The notes under the pieces: generated by a model | What the model was told of the DNA's origin: nothing | Seen by the model: the letters and a program-made list of their open reading frames with translations, nothing else | Databases searched by the model: none | Source of the DNA: an uncultured Eubacteriales bacterium | Lineage (GTDB): Bacteria; Bacillota; Clostridia; Peptostreptococcales; Anaerovoracaceae | Length of the DNA stretch: 64,000 nt | Assembly: GCA_900545135.1 (NCBI GenBank) | Contig: UQXL01000004.1 | Span: 1,886 to 65,885, forward strand | Reading direction: 5' to 3' | Shown here: positions 28,208-37,464 of the stretch, piece by piece | How positions within the stretch are numbered: position 1 is the stretch's first letter | Layout of the letters: each line of letters starts with the position of its first letter | Translations under genes and position numbers: made by a program

Positions 28208-28681
28208 TTACATCTGTTTCAGGAGATTGACCGTTTCAATAGCTGACAGAGCGCAGTCATATCCCTTGTTGCCTGATTTGCTGCCTGCCCTAGCGATGGC
28301 CTGCTCGATGTTTTCCGTAGTTATCACGCCGAACATGATCGGAACTCCCGTCGAAAGGCTTACCTGCGCTATACCCTTTGAAACTTCGTTGCAAACATAG
28401 TCGTAATGGGTGGTGTCGCCGCGTATAACTGCCCCTACACAGATGACTGCGTCGTATTTCTGCGACTTGGCCATTCTGGCAGCGGCCACAGGAATTTCAA
28501 AGGCTCCTGGTACCCAGGCGGCTGTGATGTTTTCCTCCTCTACTCCGTGACGCACGAGGCCGTCCACTGCCCCTGCAAGCAGCTTGTTGACTATGATTTC
28601 GTTGAAGCGGGAAGCGACGATTCCTACTTTCATATTTTCAGGTGCTACGACCATTCCTTCCAATACTTTGATATTGCTCAT
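28208..28681 (-). CDS. ribH: 6,7-dimethyl-8-ribityllumazine synthase
   Basis: 157 aa, [13 protein letters not shown].... Confidence 0.9.
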   Translation of the reverse strand: MSNIKVLEGMVVAPENMKVGIVASRFNEIIVNKLLAGAVDGLVRHGVEEENITAAWVPGAFEIPVAAARMAKSQKYDAVICVGAVIRGDTTHYDYVCNEVSKGIAQVSLSTGVPIMFGVITTENIEQAIARAGSKSGNKGYDCALSAIETVNLLKQM

Positions 28682-28725
28682 TTTTTATTCCTCCTGCAAT
28701 TTATTTATGAAATAATCTTTTTAGT

Positions 28726-29937
28726 TTAGAATTTTATCTTCTTGAAGATATGACCCATCTTCTCCTGCTTGGTTTTCATGTAGAAATTGTCGTATTTCTG
28801 CGGCGGAATCTCGATGGGAACTCTTTCCTTGATCACCAGGCCGAAGCCCTCCAGACCGTAGACTTTTTCCGGATTGTTGGTCAAAAGCCTCAGCGACTTG
28901 ACTCCCAGATCGGACAATATCTGCGCGCCGACCCAGTATTCCCTCAGATCAGGCGCAAAGCCCAGGCGGATATTGGCTTCCACCGTATCGAGGCCCTGTT
29001 CCTGAAGCTCGTATGCTTTCAACTTGTTTATCAGCCCTATTCCACGGCCCTCCTGGCGCATGTAAAGCACAATTCCTCTGCCGGCGGCTTCTATCTGCTC
29101 CATGGCGGTCTGAAGCTGCAGTCCGCAGTCACAGCGCAAAGAGCCGAATGTGTCTCCTGTGAGACATTCAGAATGTACGCGGCAAAGCACGTCCTCTCCG
29201 TCTCCTATCTCGCCTTTGACCAGCGCTACGTGATGCTCTCCGGTGATGTCGTTCACATAACCGCAGATATTGAATTGGCCGTACTGCGTCGGCAGTTTGG
29301 CGCGGGCTTCGCGCAGTACATGTTTTTCATGTATTCGGCAGTAGTCCTGCAGCTCTTTGATGGTGATAAATTTCAGGCCGTACTTGTCAGCCAGCTTCCA
29401 TAAGTTCGGAGTACGCATCATGGTGCCGTCCTCTTCCATCACCTCGCAGCATACGCCGCATTCCTGCAGGCCGGCCAGTCTCATGAGGTCGACGGTGGCT
29501 TCGGTGTGTCCGTTTCTGACCAGAACTCCCCCTCTCCTTGAAACCAGAGGGAATACGTGTCCCGGCCGTCTGAAATCCTGAGGATTTGACGATGGATCAG
29601 CGCATTTAATTATGGTGTGGGAGCGTTCTGCGGCGGAAATTCCCGTGCTGGTATCCATATGGTCTATGGATACGGTAAAGGCCGTGCTGTGGTTGTCGGT
29701 GTTTTCCGCCACCATCTGCGGCAGACCGAGTCTTGCGGCGACTTTTGCGCTCATTGGCGTACAGATAAGGCCTTTAGCATGGCTGGCCATGAAATTGATG
29801 TTTTCCTTCGTTGCGAATTCTCCGGCGCATATCATATCTCCCTCGTTTTCCCTGTCAGGGTCGTCTGTAACGAGGATTATTTTTCCAGCGCGCAGATCTT
29901 CCAGCGCTTCCGGAACTGTGTTGTATTTTCGTTGCAT
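28726..29937 (-). CDS. ribBA: Bifunctional 3,4-dihydroxy-2-butanone-4-phosphate synthase / GTP cyclohydrolase II
   Basis: 403 aa with [10 protein letters not shown] (RibB) and a CxCxxC zinc site (RibA). Confidence 0.9.
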   Translation of the reverse strand: MQRKYNTVPEALEDLRAGKIILVTDDPDRENEGDMICAGEFATKENINFMASHAKGLICTPMSAKVAARLGLPQMVAENTDNHSTAFTVSIDHMDTSTGISAAERSHTIIKCADPSSNPQDFRRPGHVFPLVSRRGGVLVRNGHTEATVDLMRLAGLQECGVCCEVMEEDGTMMRTPNLWKLADKYGLKFITIKELQDYCRIHEKHVLREARAKLPTQYGQFNICGYVNDITGEHHVALVKGEIGDGEDVLCRVHSECLTGDTFGSLRCDCGLQLQTAMEQIEAAGRGIVLYMRQEGRGIGLINKLKAYELQEQGLDTVEANIRLGFAPDLREYWVGAQILSDLGVKSLRLLTNNPEKVYGLEGFGLVIKERVPIEIPPQKYDNFYMKTKQEKMGHIFKKIKF

Positions 29938-29956
29938 TTTTATGTCCTCCTAAAGA

Positions 29957-30631
29957 TTAAATTCCGTATTTTTCAAGGAAAGCCATCGTCAGGCCCTCTT
30001 CCTTTTCAGCTGCTTTTTCCTGTACTGGTGCGGAAAGTCCTGATGGATCCAGCAGAAGCTTTCTGACGTATTTCCCGATAACGTCGTTTTCCAGGTTCAC
30101 CTTGCTTCCCGGTTTCTTGCCGAGCAGAGATGTTTCTTCTCCTGTGTGAGGTATCACCGATACGGAAAACGCCGTGCTGCTTGTTTCCGCTACTGTGAGG
30201 CTTATTCCGTCGATGCATATTGAGCCTTTGTCCACGATAAGCCCCAGGATTTCTTTCTTCGCTTCTATGGTGACCCATACGGCGTTTCCCTCTTGGCGCA
30301 TGGTTTTTATGATACCTGTTCCGTCGATGTGGCCGGTCACCAGATGGCCGCCGAAACGTCCGTCTGCTGCCATGGCTCGTTCCAGATTGACGGAATCGCC
30401 GGTCTTTAAGCTGCCTAGGCTGCTTTTTCTGATTGTCTCAGCCATCACGTCGGCGGTAAACCCATCCGGCTGGAGAGAAACGACAGTAAGGCAGACGCCG
30501 TTGACGGCTATGCTGTCTCCCACGGACGTGCCCGCCAGCACTTTTCTTGCTCTGACGGCTATTGTTCCCGATATGCCCTGTATAGACAAGGAACAGACTG
30601 TGCCTTTTTCCTCCACTATCCCTGTAAACAT
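29957..30631 (-). CDS. ribE: Riboflavin synthase alpha subunit
   Basis: MFTGIVEEKGTV... with two lumazine-binding repeats. Confidence 0.9.
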   Translation of the reverse strand: MFTGIVEEKGTVCSLSIQGISGTIAVRARKVLAGTSVGDSIAVNGVCLTVVSLQPDGFTADVMAETIRKSSLGSLKTGDSVNLERAMAADGRFGGHLVTGHIDGTGIIKTMRQEGNAVWVTIEAKKEILGLIVDKGSICIDGISLTVAETSSTAFSVSVIPHTGEETSLLGKKPGSKVNLENDVIGKYVRKLLLDPSGLSAPVQEKAAEKEEGLTMAFLEKYGI

Positions 30632-31758
30632 TTCTCGTATCCTTTCTTCAGTTTATATTCCAGCAGGATATCTTCACCTATGCGGCTCACATTCTCAAGC
30701 TGCAGCTCAGCTGCTTCAGACGGCATGGCGACGCCCTGCCCTGCCACAGGAGTCCTGCCGTTTCCTCCAAATATCTTCGGCGCGAGAAAAACTTTGACTT
30801 CCTGCACTATTCCTGCCTGCAGAGCGCTGTCGTTCAGTGTTCCGCCTCCCTCAAGCAATATGCTGTCCACCGCGTCTACTCCTTGAATTTCTCCTTTTCC
30901 CAAGAGTTCCATCAGTCTTTTTAGATCCACCTGGCCATTCTCGTCCTGCATGGAAACGACATGCAGGCCGATTTCCTCAAGGTGCTTCCGCTTTTCTGCC
31001 ATAGACGGCTCAGTTCCGTCGTCTGCGCAGGCTACGACTGTAGTATACTCTCCGGCTGTTTTGCATATATTGCATTCTTCCGGTATCCTCAGCCTGCTGT
31101 CGCATATTATACGTATGGGGCTTTGCTTTCCTTTTACTCTGACGGTGAGCAGCGGATCGTCAGCCAGTACGGTGCCTATTCCTGCCATGATGCCGGTATA
31201 TGTCCATCTCATTTCCTGCACTTTAGCCCGGGCTTTTTCTCCTGTTATCCATTTGGAGGCCCCTGTCCTGGTGGCGATCTTGCCGTCCGCCGTTGCGGCG
31301 TATTTCATGACCACATAAGGGCGATTGGTGGTTATATAGTGGAAAAACACCGGATTGAGCCTGTCACATTCTTCTCTCATAAAATCTTCTTCCACTTCTA
31401 CGCCTGCGGCCCTCAAAATCGAAACTCCTTTACCGCTTACTTTCGGGTTAGGATCTCTCGATCCGATGATAACCCTGGCGATCTTGTGCTCTAAAATAGC
31501 GTCGGTGCAGGGCGGTGTTTTACCGTGATGACAGCAGGGCTCCAGCGTAACATACAGTTCCGCGCCCTCGGAGGATTCGCTTAGTGAAGCGAAAGCGTTT
31601 CTCTCAGCGTGAAGACTGCCGCACCGCTCATGGTATCCCTCGCCGATTATTCTGCCGTCCTTTACTATCACTGCGCCGACGAGGGGGTTTGGATTTGTCT
31701 GTCCTGCGCCTTTTTTGGCAAGCTCGACGGCTCTTTTCATAAATCTTTGTTCAGACAT
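30616..31758 (-). CDS. ribD: Bifunctional diaminohydroxyphosphoribosylaminopyrimidine deaminase / 5-amino-6-(5-phosphoribosylamino)uracil reductase
   Basis: The start is taken at MSEQRFMKRAVELA, with RBS aaagga. Contains HAE...PCxxC deaminase motifs and a reductase domain. The listed ORF has a 31-aa upstream extension. Confidence 0.85.
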   Translation of the reverse strand: MSEQRFMKRAVELAKKGAGQTNPNPLVGAVIVKDGRIIGEGYHERCGSLHAERNAFASLSESSEGAELYVTLEPCCHHGKTPPCTDAILEHKIARVIIGSRDPNPKVSGKGVSILRAAGVEVEEDFMREECDRLNPVFFHYITTNRPYVVMKYAATADGKIATRTGASKWITGEKARAKVQEMRWTYTGIMAGIGTVLADDPLLTVRVKGKQSPIRIICDSRLRIPEECNICKTAGEYTTVVACADDGTEPSMAEKRKHLEEIGLHVVSMQDENGQVDLKRLMELLGKGEIQGVDAVDSILLEGGGTLNDSALQAGIVQEVKVFLAPKIFGGNGRTPVAGQGVAMPSEAAELQLENVSRIGEDILLEYKLKKGYEKCLQG

Positions 31759-31973
31759 TTTTCTGTCCTTTCTTTGGTCCTTCTGCGCACGGCTCTTCAG
31801 TTTTGTGCTTCCAGCTAAAAAACAAAATAAAAATCCCGCAGCCTGTGCCAAATCCGATGTATGGATATATTCTTCAGGTTACGGGAGTTCTCTGCGTGCA
31901 GTTTCAGCGGTTAGTCGGCAGCTTACCCGGGCGGTCTGCCGAGGCTTAAAGCTTAAAATCTTCTGTCCGCTGT

Positions 31974-32007
31974 AAAAAAATACCCTGAAATGATGAACAT
32001 TTCAGGG
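31974..32007 (-). terminator. Terminator of the FMN-riboswitch expression platform
   Basis: Minus strand reads ccctgaaatg-ttcatc-atttcaggg followed by tatttttttt. Confidence 0.6.
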
Positions 32008-32040
32008 CTGGAATATACACGTCAAAAATAAACTGTATGC

Positions 32041-32147
32041 ATCTTCTTCCATCCAGACTATACTGTCGGCTTCGGAGTTTCACCGAATCTGCCTTTCGGC
32101 TCGCGGGCTTTACCGCCGGTAGGGAATCGCACCCTGCCCTGAAGATT
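32041..32147 (-). promoter_or_regulatory. FMN riboswitch (RFN element)
   Basis: Minus strand reads cttcagggcagggtgcgattccctaccggcggtaaagcccgcgagccgaaaggcagattcggtgaaactccgaagccgacagtatagtctggatggaagaagat, matching the RFN consensus (GGGCAGGGTGAAATTCCC.ACCGGCGGT..AGCCCGCGAGC....CCGACAGT.AAGTCTGGATG.GAGAAG). Confidence 0.8.
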
Positions 32148-32263
32148 ATTGTTTTGATGAATTTATCATACCACTCTATGGCTGACTTTGCAAGAGGTTT
32201 ATTGAAAAAGCGCAAAAGAGCTGCGTAGTTCGTGTAAAGCCCCAGGCTTCCTCATTGCCTCCA

Positions 32264-32836
32264 TCAATACCCCAATTCTGCAAGCCAGCTCTCTATTTCT
32301 TCCCTCGAGCCTGCTGCGTCTTCTTCATAGCAGTCGAATACATTGTCTGAGATATTGGCATCAGGCAGCGCTTCTGTGATTATTTCAACGCTGCTCGCAA
32401 GGCCGCCTGTTCCGTGGGAGCAGAACAGATATACCTGTTTTCCCGACAGGTCGTTATTGTCAAGGAAAGACAGCAAAGCCATCGGAACGCCATACCACCA
32501 GTTAGGATAGCTCAGAAATTCTCCGCTGCCCACGGCTATTTCCCCCGTCAGTTCCGTTTCTTTCTGCAGAAAATCACGTTTAGTTTTCTCGGCCAGTGAA
32601 AGCATCTCCTGTGCCCGCCTTTTAAGCAGCAGGCCGTCCTCAGTCAGGACTATGTTGTGATTGCTGCGCACGAAAAGTTTAACTCCCAGCTCCTCCTCCA
32701 GCTACATCATCTGGCGTGAACGCGCAGGCTGGCTGATAAGAAGAGTCTGCGACGCTCTCGTTATATTTTCTTCCCTTGCTACTGCCGGGAAATAATTCAA
32801 AACACGAAATTCCACTGACACGCCCCCTTTCTTCAT
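32264..32836 (-). pseudogene. LysR-type regulator pseudogene. An intact HTH region is interrupted by an in-frame TAG at 32701-32703, and the 3' part is fused to a flavodoxin-like C-terminal fragment.
   Basis: Minus-strand translation gives MKKGGVSVEFRVLNYFPAVAREENITRASQTLLISQPARSRQMM*LEEELGVKLFVRSNHNIVLTEDG.. (the LysR HTH consensus is ..ALSRQIKQLEEELGV..). After ..TGEIAVGSGE the sequence switches to ..KQVYLFCSHGTGGLASSVEIITEALPDANISDNVFDCYEE.., which is flavodoxin-like. Confidence 0.55.
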
Positions 32837-33053
32837 ACCCATTATATATCAGTTTCCATTCATATTCAACATATCTGACGTTCTGTCATGTCTTTTTTAT
32901 CATATCTCTTCTATCATGTCTCTAAGCCATAACCGCGCTGATTTTACCAAATTCTCTGAAAAATAAAATTAGCTGAAAACTGTTGTCTTTTTACCCGGCA
33001 GATGATACGATTTCATTATAAGCATCGTTAAAAGAGCTTTAAGGAGGCAACTT

Positions 33054-34517
33054 ATGAAAAAATATCGCTGTTTGATGTGCGGCCACATCTACGACGAAGA
33101 AAAAGAAGGAACAAAATTCTCTGATCTCCCTGAAAGCTGGACATGCCCTATGTGCGGCGTGCCAAAAGCCATGTTTCAGGAAATGGAAGAAGACACCTCT
33201 GACGATAAAAAAGCTGAAGCCGCCGAAGCTTCTCAAGTCACCGCATCTGCGCAAGCCGCTGCAGCCGGTCAAGCTGCGGAAGGCAACACCATAGAAAGCT
33301 ATCTCAATGAATATGCCAGAAATTCTGACTCAAAGGAAACCAACATGAGCGATATCCATGAAATGGCTAGGACCGGCAAGAGCATCATTTCTGCCATGGG
33401 GACCTCAAAGCCTGTTCCTGCCTGGGATGAGATACTCATCCTCGGAAACCAGCTTAATCCGCCGCCCCTCCTGGAAAGCGAAGAAATATCGCTGAGAACG
33501 GTCATCGGAAAAAAAGCGAAAAAACCTATGGTGATAGAATCGCCTGTATATATAACTCACATGTCTTTCGGCGCTCTTTCCAAGCGTGCCAAGGTCTCCC
33601 TTGCCAAAGGAAGCGCCGCAGTGAAGACGGCCATGTGCAGCGGCGAGGGCGGTATCCTGCCTGAGGAAAAGGAAAACGCCTATAAATATATCTTTGAAAT
33701 AATTCCCAACATGTACAGCGTCACAGACGAAAACCTCAAGGCCAGCGACGCCATAGAAATAAAGATCGGTCAGGGCACCAAGCCAGGCATGGGCGGCCAC
33801 CTGCCCGGCTCCAAAGTAACTGCCGAAATCGCTCAGGTAAGAGGCAAGAAGCAGGGCGAGGACATAATCAGCCCGTCCAAATTCCCTCAAATCAACTCAA
33901 AGGAAGACCTCAAAGCCTTTGTTGCGGAACTTCGTGAGAGAAGCGAGGGCAGACCTGTCGGCATCAAAATAGCGGCAGGCAGAATAGAAGATGACCTGGA
34001 ATTCGCCGTATACGCAGAGCCCGACTTTATAACTGTCGACGGCCGCGGCGGAGCCACCGGTGCCAGCCCTAAGATCATAAAGGATTCCACCACTGTGCCT
34101 ACCGTATACGCCCTCTACAGAGCTAAAAAGTATCTCAATGAGCATGCTCCTGACATTGATCTTCTCATAACAGGAGGCTTCAGGCTTTCCTCCGACATCG
34201 CCAAGGCTCTTGCCATGGGAGCAACGGCAGTTGCCATAGGAACAGCCGCTATGATGGCGATAGCCTGCCAGCAGTACAGGATATGCCACACGGGAAAGTG
34301 CCCTGTAGGCGTAGCCACTCAGGATCCTGAGCTTGAAAGCAGACTGGACGTCAATCTGTCCTCCCAGAGACTGGCCAATTATCTGACCGCGGTGAACGAC
34401 GAGCTGAAGACCTTTGCCCGCATTACAGGGCATAAAGATGTTCACCAGCTGAATAAAAAAGACATAGTCACCACCAGCAGAGACATCGCCGAATATACGG
34501 ACATAAAACACGTATAA
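33054..34517 (+). CDS. Rubredoxin-domain / FMN-binding glutamate-synthase-family (GltB domain 2-like) fusion protein
   Basis: N-terminal CxxC...CPMCG rubredoxin. The central and C-terminal parts match the Glu_synthase FMN/Fe-S domain (GGTGASP.., CHTGKCPVGVATQD). Confidence 0.75.
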   Translation: MKKYRCLMCGHIYDEEKEGTKFSDLPESWTCPMCGVPKAMFQEMEEDTSDDKKAEAAEASQVTASAQAAAAGQAAEGNTIESYLNEYARNSDSKETNMSDIHEMARTGKSIISAMGTSKPVPAWDEILILGNQLNPPPLLESEEISLRTVIGKKAKKPMVIESPVYITHMSFGALSKRAKVSLAKGSAAVKTAMCSGEGGILPEEKENAYKYIFEIIPNMYSVTDENLKASDAIEIKIGQGTKPGMGGHLPGSKVTAEIAQVRGKKQGEDIISPSKFPQINSKEDLKAFVAELRERSEGRPVGIKIAAGRIEDDLEFAVYAEPDFITVDGRGGATGASPKIIKDSTTVPTVYALYRAKKYLNEHAPDIDLLITGGFRLSSDIAKALAMGATAVAIGTAAMMAIACQQYRICHTGKCPVGVATQDPELESRLDVNLSSQRLANYLTAVNDELKTFARITGHKDVHQLNKKDIVTTSRDIAEYTDIKHV

Positions 34518-34760
34518 ACTGCAAAATAGAGACAGCCCCGCGCTTACGGTCAAGAACCGCAGGTACGGGGCTGCTGTATTTTGTTGCTCTGAGGGTATCC
34601 TTCAATTGCCGCTAAAAATCTATATGATTTTTAGCCAAATCTTTCATATACCCATTCCGGAGCATCATCTATTACATCAAGCAAAGCCTGTCTCAATTCA
34701 TCGGCAGACATCGAATTAACATATTCTATAAATTTGTTGTACAATTCTTTTTGATATTCC

Positions 34761-35084
34761 TCATACTCTCTCACTTTCCTCTACCAGCCTTTCGTATTCA
34801 TCGGCTTTCTCAGGAAATACAGCAAAATAGAGGGCTATCTTGTGTTTACATACCAGAATCCTATCTTTTGCGAGAGGACAGTTGCACTTCGATCTTTTAG
34901 GATGCTCCACGTCGATAAATACATCGTATTTTCTGCCGTTGCTGCCCTCAACCACTCCCTCGTACTGTTCTTCGCCTGTTTTTATGTATGATTTAACTTT
35001 TTTCCGTTGATAGTATTCAAGGCCACGCCATGCGGACGCTGAGCTTGCAAGATTGACAAACCTCATAAGAGCACCTCTTTTCAA
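34761..35084 (-). CDS. SWIM zinc-finger domain protein
   Basis: CNCPLAKDRILVCKHKIAL is a CxCxnCxH SWIM motif. Confidence 0.5.
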   Translation of the reverse strand: MKRGALMRFVNLASSASAWRGLEYYQRKKVKSYIKTGEEQYEGVVEGSNGRKYDVFIDVEHPKRSKCNCPLAKDRILVCKHKIALYFAVFPEKADEYERLVEESERV

Positions 35085-35131
35085 TACTTCCTAGTAATGG
35101 TTTTCTTATCATTTTTATATTATCTATCAGG

Positions 35132-35770
35132 TCATTCCCTGTCCAGGTCCCTCGTATTTTTGCCCAGCTTTTCTTCATAGTCGTGGACCTTTCTCAGGTT
35201 ATTCATCCTTTCGTCCAGCTCTGCGCTTATCTGTGCGCAGCGATACAGCTCGTCGGCCATCTCATCGGTAAATTCCCTGTCCTTTTTATATCTCAGCTGA
35301 TGCTCCAAGGCTGCCCATGAGTCCATGGCTATGGTTCTCAGCTGTATTTCCACTTTCATGTGGCGTTTTTCATTGGCCAAAAAGATGGGAACAGTAACTA
35401 TGAGATGGAGGCTTCTGTATCCATTGGGTTTAGGATTGGCTATGTAGTCTTTCTTCTTGATCAGGTGTATGTCGTCCTGCCTCAGCAGTGTTTCAGCCAC
35501 CATATATACGTCCTCCACGAAGGCACATATTACCCTGACTCCGGCCACGTCGTTGAGGTTTTCTTCAAGAGACTCCAAAGTGAGAGGCAGATCGTCTCGT
35601 TCAAGCTTTTCTATTATGCTTTCTATTCTCTTCAGCCGCGTCTGGATTCCGTTTATCGGATTTCTGTCGTATTGAAGAGAATATTCTTCGTTCAAGACGT
35701 TGAGCTTTGTTTCCATTTCCATTATAGCGCATCTGTAATATGCCATCAGCTTCTGGAAATTTTCCATCAT
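35132..35770 (-). CDS. relQ: Small alarmone synthetase, (p)ppGpp synthetase of the RelQ/RelP (YjbM/YwaC) type
   Basis: RelA/SpoT synthetase motifs are present (DVAGVRVICAFVEDVY, GYRSLHLIV, EIQLRTIAMDSWA). The start is placed at MMENFQKL by length homology; the ORF extends to 35863. Confidence 0.8.
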   Translation of the reverse strand: MMENFQKLMAYYRCAIMEMETKLNVLNEEYSLQYDRNPINGIQTRLKRIESIIEKLERDDLPLTLESLEENLNDVAGVRVICAFVEDVYMVAETLLRQDDIHLIKKKDYIANPKPNGYRSLHLIVTVPIFLANEKRHMKVEIQLRTIAMDSWAALEHQLRYKKDREFTDEMADELYRCAQISAELDERMNNLRKVHDYEEKLGKNTRDLDRE

Positions 35771-35897
35771 GGGCTTAGTCTTTTTAATCAGCGGCGGCAA
35801 AAACGTTGCCGCTCTGCTTAATTTTTTATTTTTTCTGTTTTTATCAGGATTTCTATTGAACATTTGGTTCCTTTTGTCCTTTCTTTATCTCCTGTTT

Positions 35898-36461
35898 TTA
35901 CTGGCAGTGCAATGCCTCTATCAGCTCAGCTAAATTCTGATGAAACTTTCCTATATATATTCCATCTATGAAACGGTGGTTTACTTCGACGGAAATATGC
36001 AAAATTTTGCGTCCGCCCTCATCTGCGTATTTTCCCCAGGCTATATGCGGAATGGAATTGTCTTTTGCGCCTTGGCCGTCCAGATATTTTTCATTGGTGA
36101 GAGCCGTCATTTCAAACCATGGAGCGCAGGAAAAATAAATCAGCTCTTCCCCCTCTTCGTCCTCGCAAATGAAGCATTTCTGCGCCGCGCTCTTTTCAAC
36201 TGCCCTGCGGCAAAGTTCATCGAGGCCGCCGCCCAAGTCCATCGTAACTATGTGGAAGGTTTCCTTTCCTTTTTTGAGGTCGGTAAAGCTGGGTATCCTC
36301 TTATCCAGCCTATATATTTCTCCGTTCTCCACCGTATATGAAAAAGCTTCCACGCTGTTTACAGCTTCAGTGCAAAGGTAAACAAGGGCATAATAAAAGG
36401 ATATCCCCTTTTCTTTCGCATACCTGTATAGATTGGTTACGTCCTGCTTGAAGGTCACCAT
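35898..36461 (-). CDS. Chloramphenicol-acetyltransferase (CAT)-family protein, apparently lacking ~28 N-terminal residues
   Basis: The C-terminal ISVEVNHRFIDGIYIGKF aligns to the CAT catalytic region (IQVHHAVCDGFHVGR). The upstream in-frame sequence is CAT-like but is closed by a TAG. Confidence 0.6.
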   Translation of the reverse strand: MVTFKQDVTNLYRYAKEKGISFYYALVYLCTEAVNSVEAFSYTVENGEIYRLDKRIPSFTDLKKGKETFHIVTMDLGGGLDELCRRAVEKSAAQKCFICEDEEGEELIYFSCAPWFEMTALTNEKYLDGQGAKDNSIPHIAWGKYADEGGRKILHISVEVNHRFIDGIYIGKFHQNLAELIEALHCQ

Positions 36462-36591
36462 ATAAAACGGGTCGGAGGACGCGGATAAGTAAACTTCTCC
36501 CTCCGGTTCTTCATTTAAAATTATATCAGTTATTTTTGACAGCTATATAAAGATCGTCAAATCAATCAGTAAAGTTCATCGAAAACACTCT

Positions 36592-37464
36592 TCATTGCTC
36601 TTCATCATTAAATTCTTTTTCGTGTTCTCTGAAAAAATTGTAATACATCTTTACATTTTCAAGTTCCGTCCATCTTTTTACGCTCACCGGGCTTTGGTCC
36701 AGGTCATAGATTTTGGCTCCTTTTACCGCTAGTAAAAACGGCGAATGGGTGGCTATGATAAACTGACAGCCGAAAAATCTGGCGGAATTTTCTATATATT
36801 CTATAAGTTCCTTCTGTCTTTCGGGCGAAAGACTGTTCTCCGGCTCGTCCAGCAGGATAAGACCCGGGGGTTCCAGCTTCTGTACAAAATATTTAAAAGC
36901 GCTTTCTCCGTTGGAATGTTCGCGCACGTTGTCCATCACCTTTTCCCTGACATATTTGGACTGAGTCGTCCGCCTCGCCAGATTGACTTTTTTCAGCCTT
37001 TCATAGTCCTCCAGCGAAGACAGAGTAAAATCCGAATATTTGGCGTCCAAATAATCGGAAAGCAGCTCTTCTCTGCGGATATCTATGCCTTCATTCACAC
37101 ATCTCAGATTAAGCATGAAATCAAACACGTCGTCGCTGGTTATGACGCGGCTTTCTTCAGGTATCTGACTGAGCAAGCCATAGTCGCACATCTCTATGTA
37201 ATCTTCAAAGAAGCTGCTTCGGTTGTACAGCGTGTCTCTCTCAAGGCGCAGCGCCTCGCCTATGACGTTTAAAGCCGTCGTTTTGCCCGAACCGTTTCCG
37301 CCGCAGAGAATAGTTATATCGTCAAATTCCAGAGAAGAAAGACTTCTTTCGGAAAGGACGCGGAACGGATAAAAGCTGTCATAGCATGTGCGCTTTACTT
37401 CTTTCATTAGATATGTGTATTCTCTCTCCCTGTCCGGAAAAGAAAAGTAAGATAAATACCTCAA
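36592..37464 (-). CDS. Stand-alone ABC-type ATPase (AAA_21 / COG3910-like)
   Basis: Walker A GGNGSGKTT, Walker B LILLDEPENSLSP, an ABC signature-like region and the H-loop ATHSPF. Translationally coupled to the upstream gene. Confidence 0.6.
   Translation of the reverse strand: MRYLSYFSFPDREREYTYLMKEVKRTCYDSFYPFRVLSERSLSSLEFDDITILCGGNGSGKTTALNVIGEALRLERDTLYNRSSFFEDYIEMCDYGLLSQIPEESRVITSDDVFDFMLNLRCVNEGIDIRREELLSDYLDAKYSDFTLSSLEDYERLKKVNLARRTTQSKYVREKVMDNVREHSNGESAFKYFVQKLEPPGLILLDEPENSLSPERQKELIEYIENSARFFGCQFIIATHSPFLLAVKGAKIYDLDQSPVSVKRWTELENVKMYYNFFREHEKEFNDEEQ

Noticed and set aside
31860-31980. Initially considered as the FMN riboswitch aptamer for ribD
   Set aside because: It lacks the RFN conserved blocks. 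The true aptamer is unambiguous further upstream at 32041-32147, with its terminator at 31974-32007.
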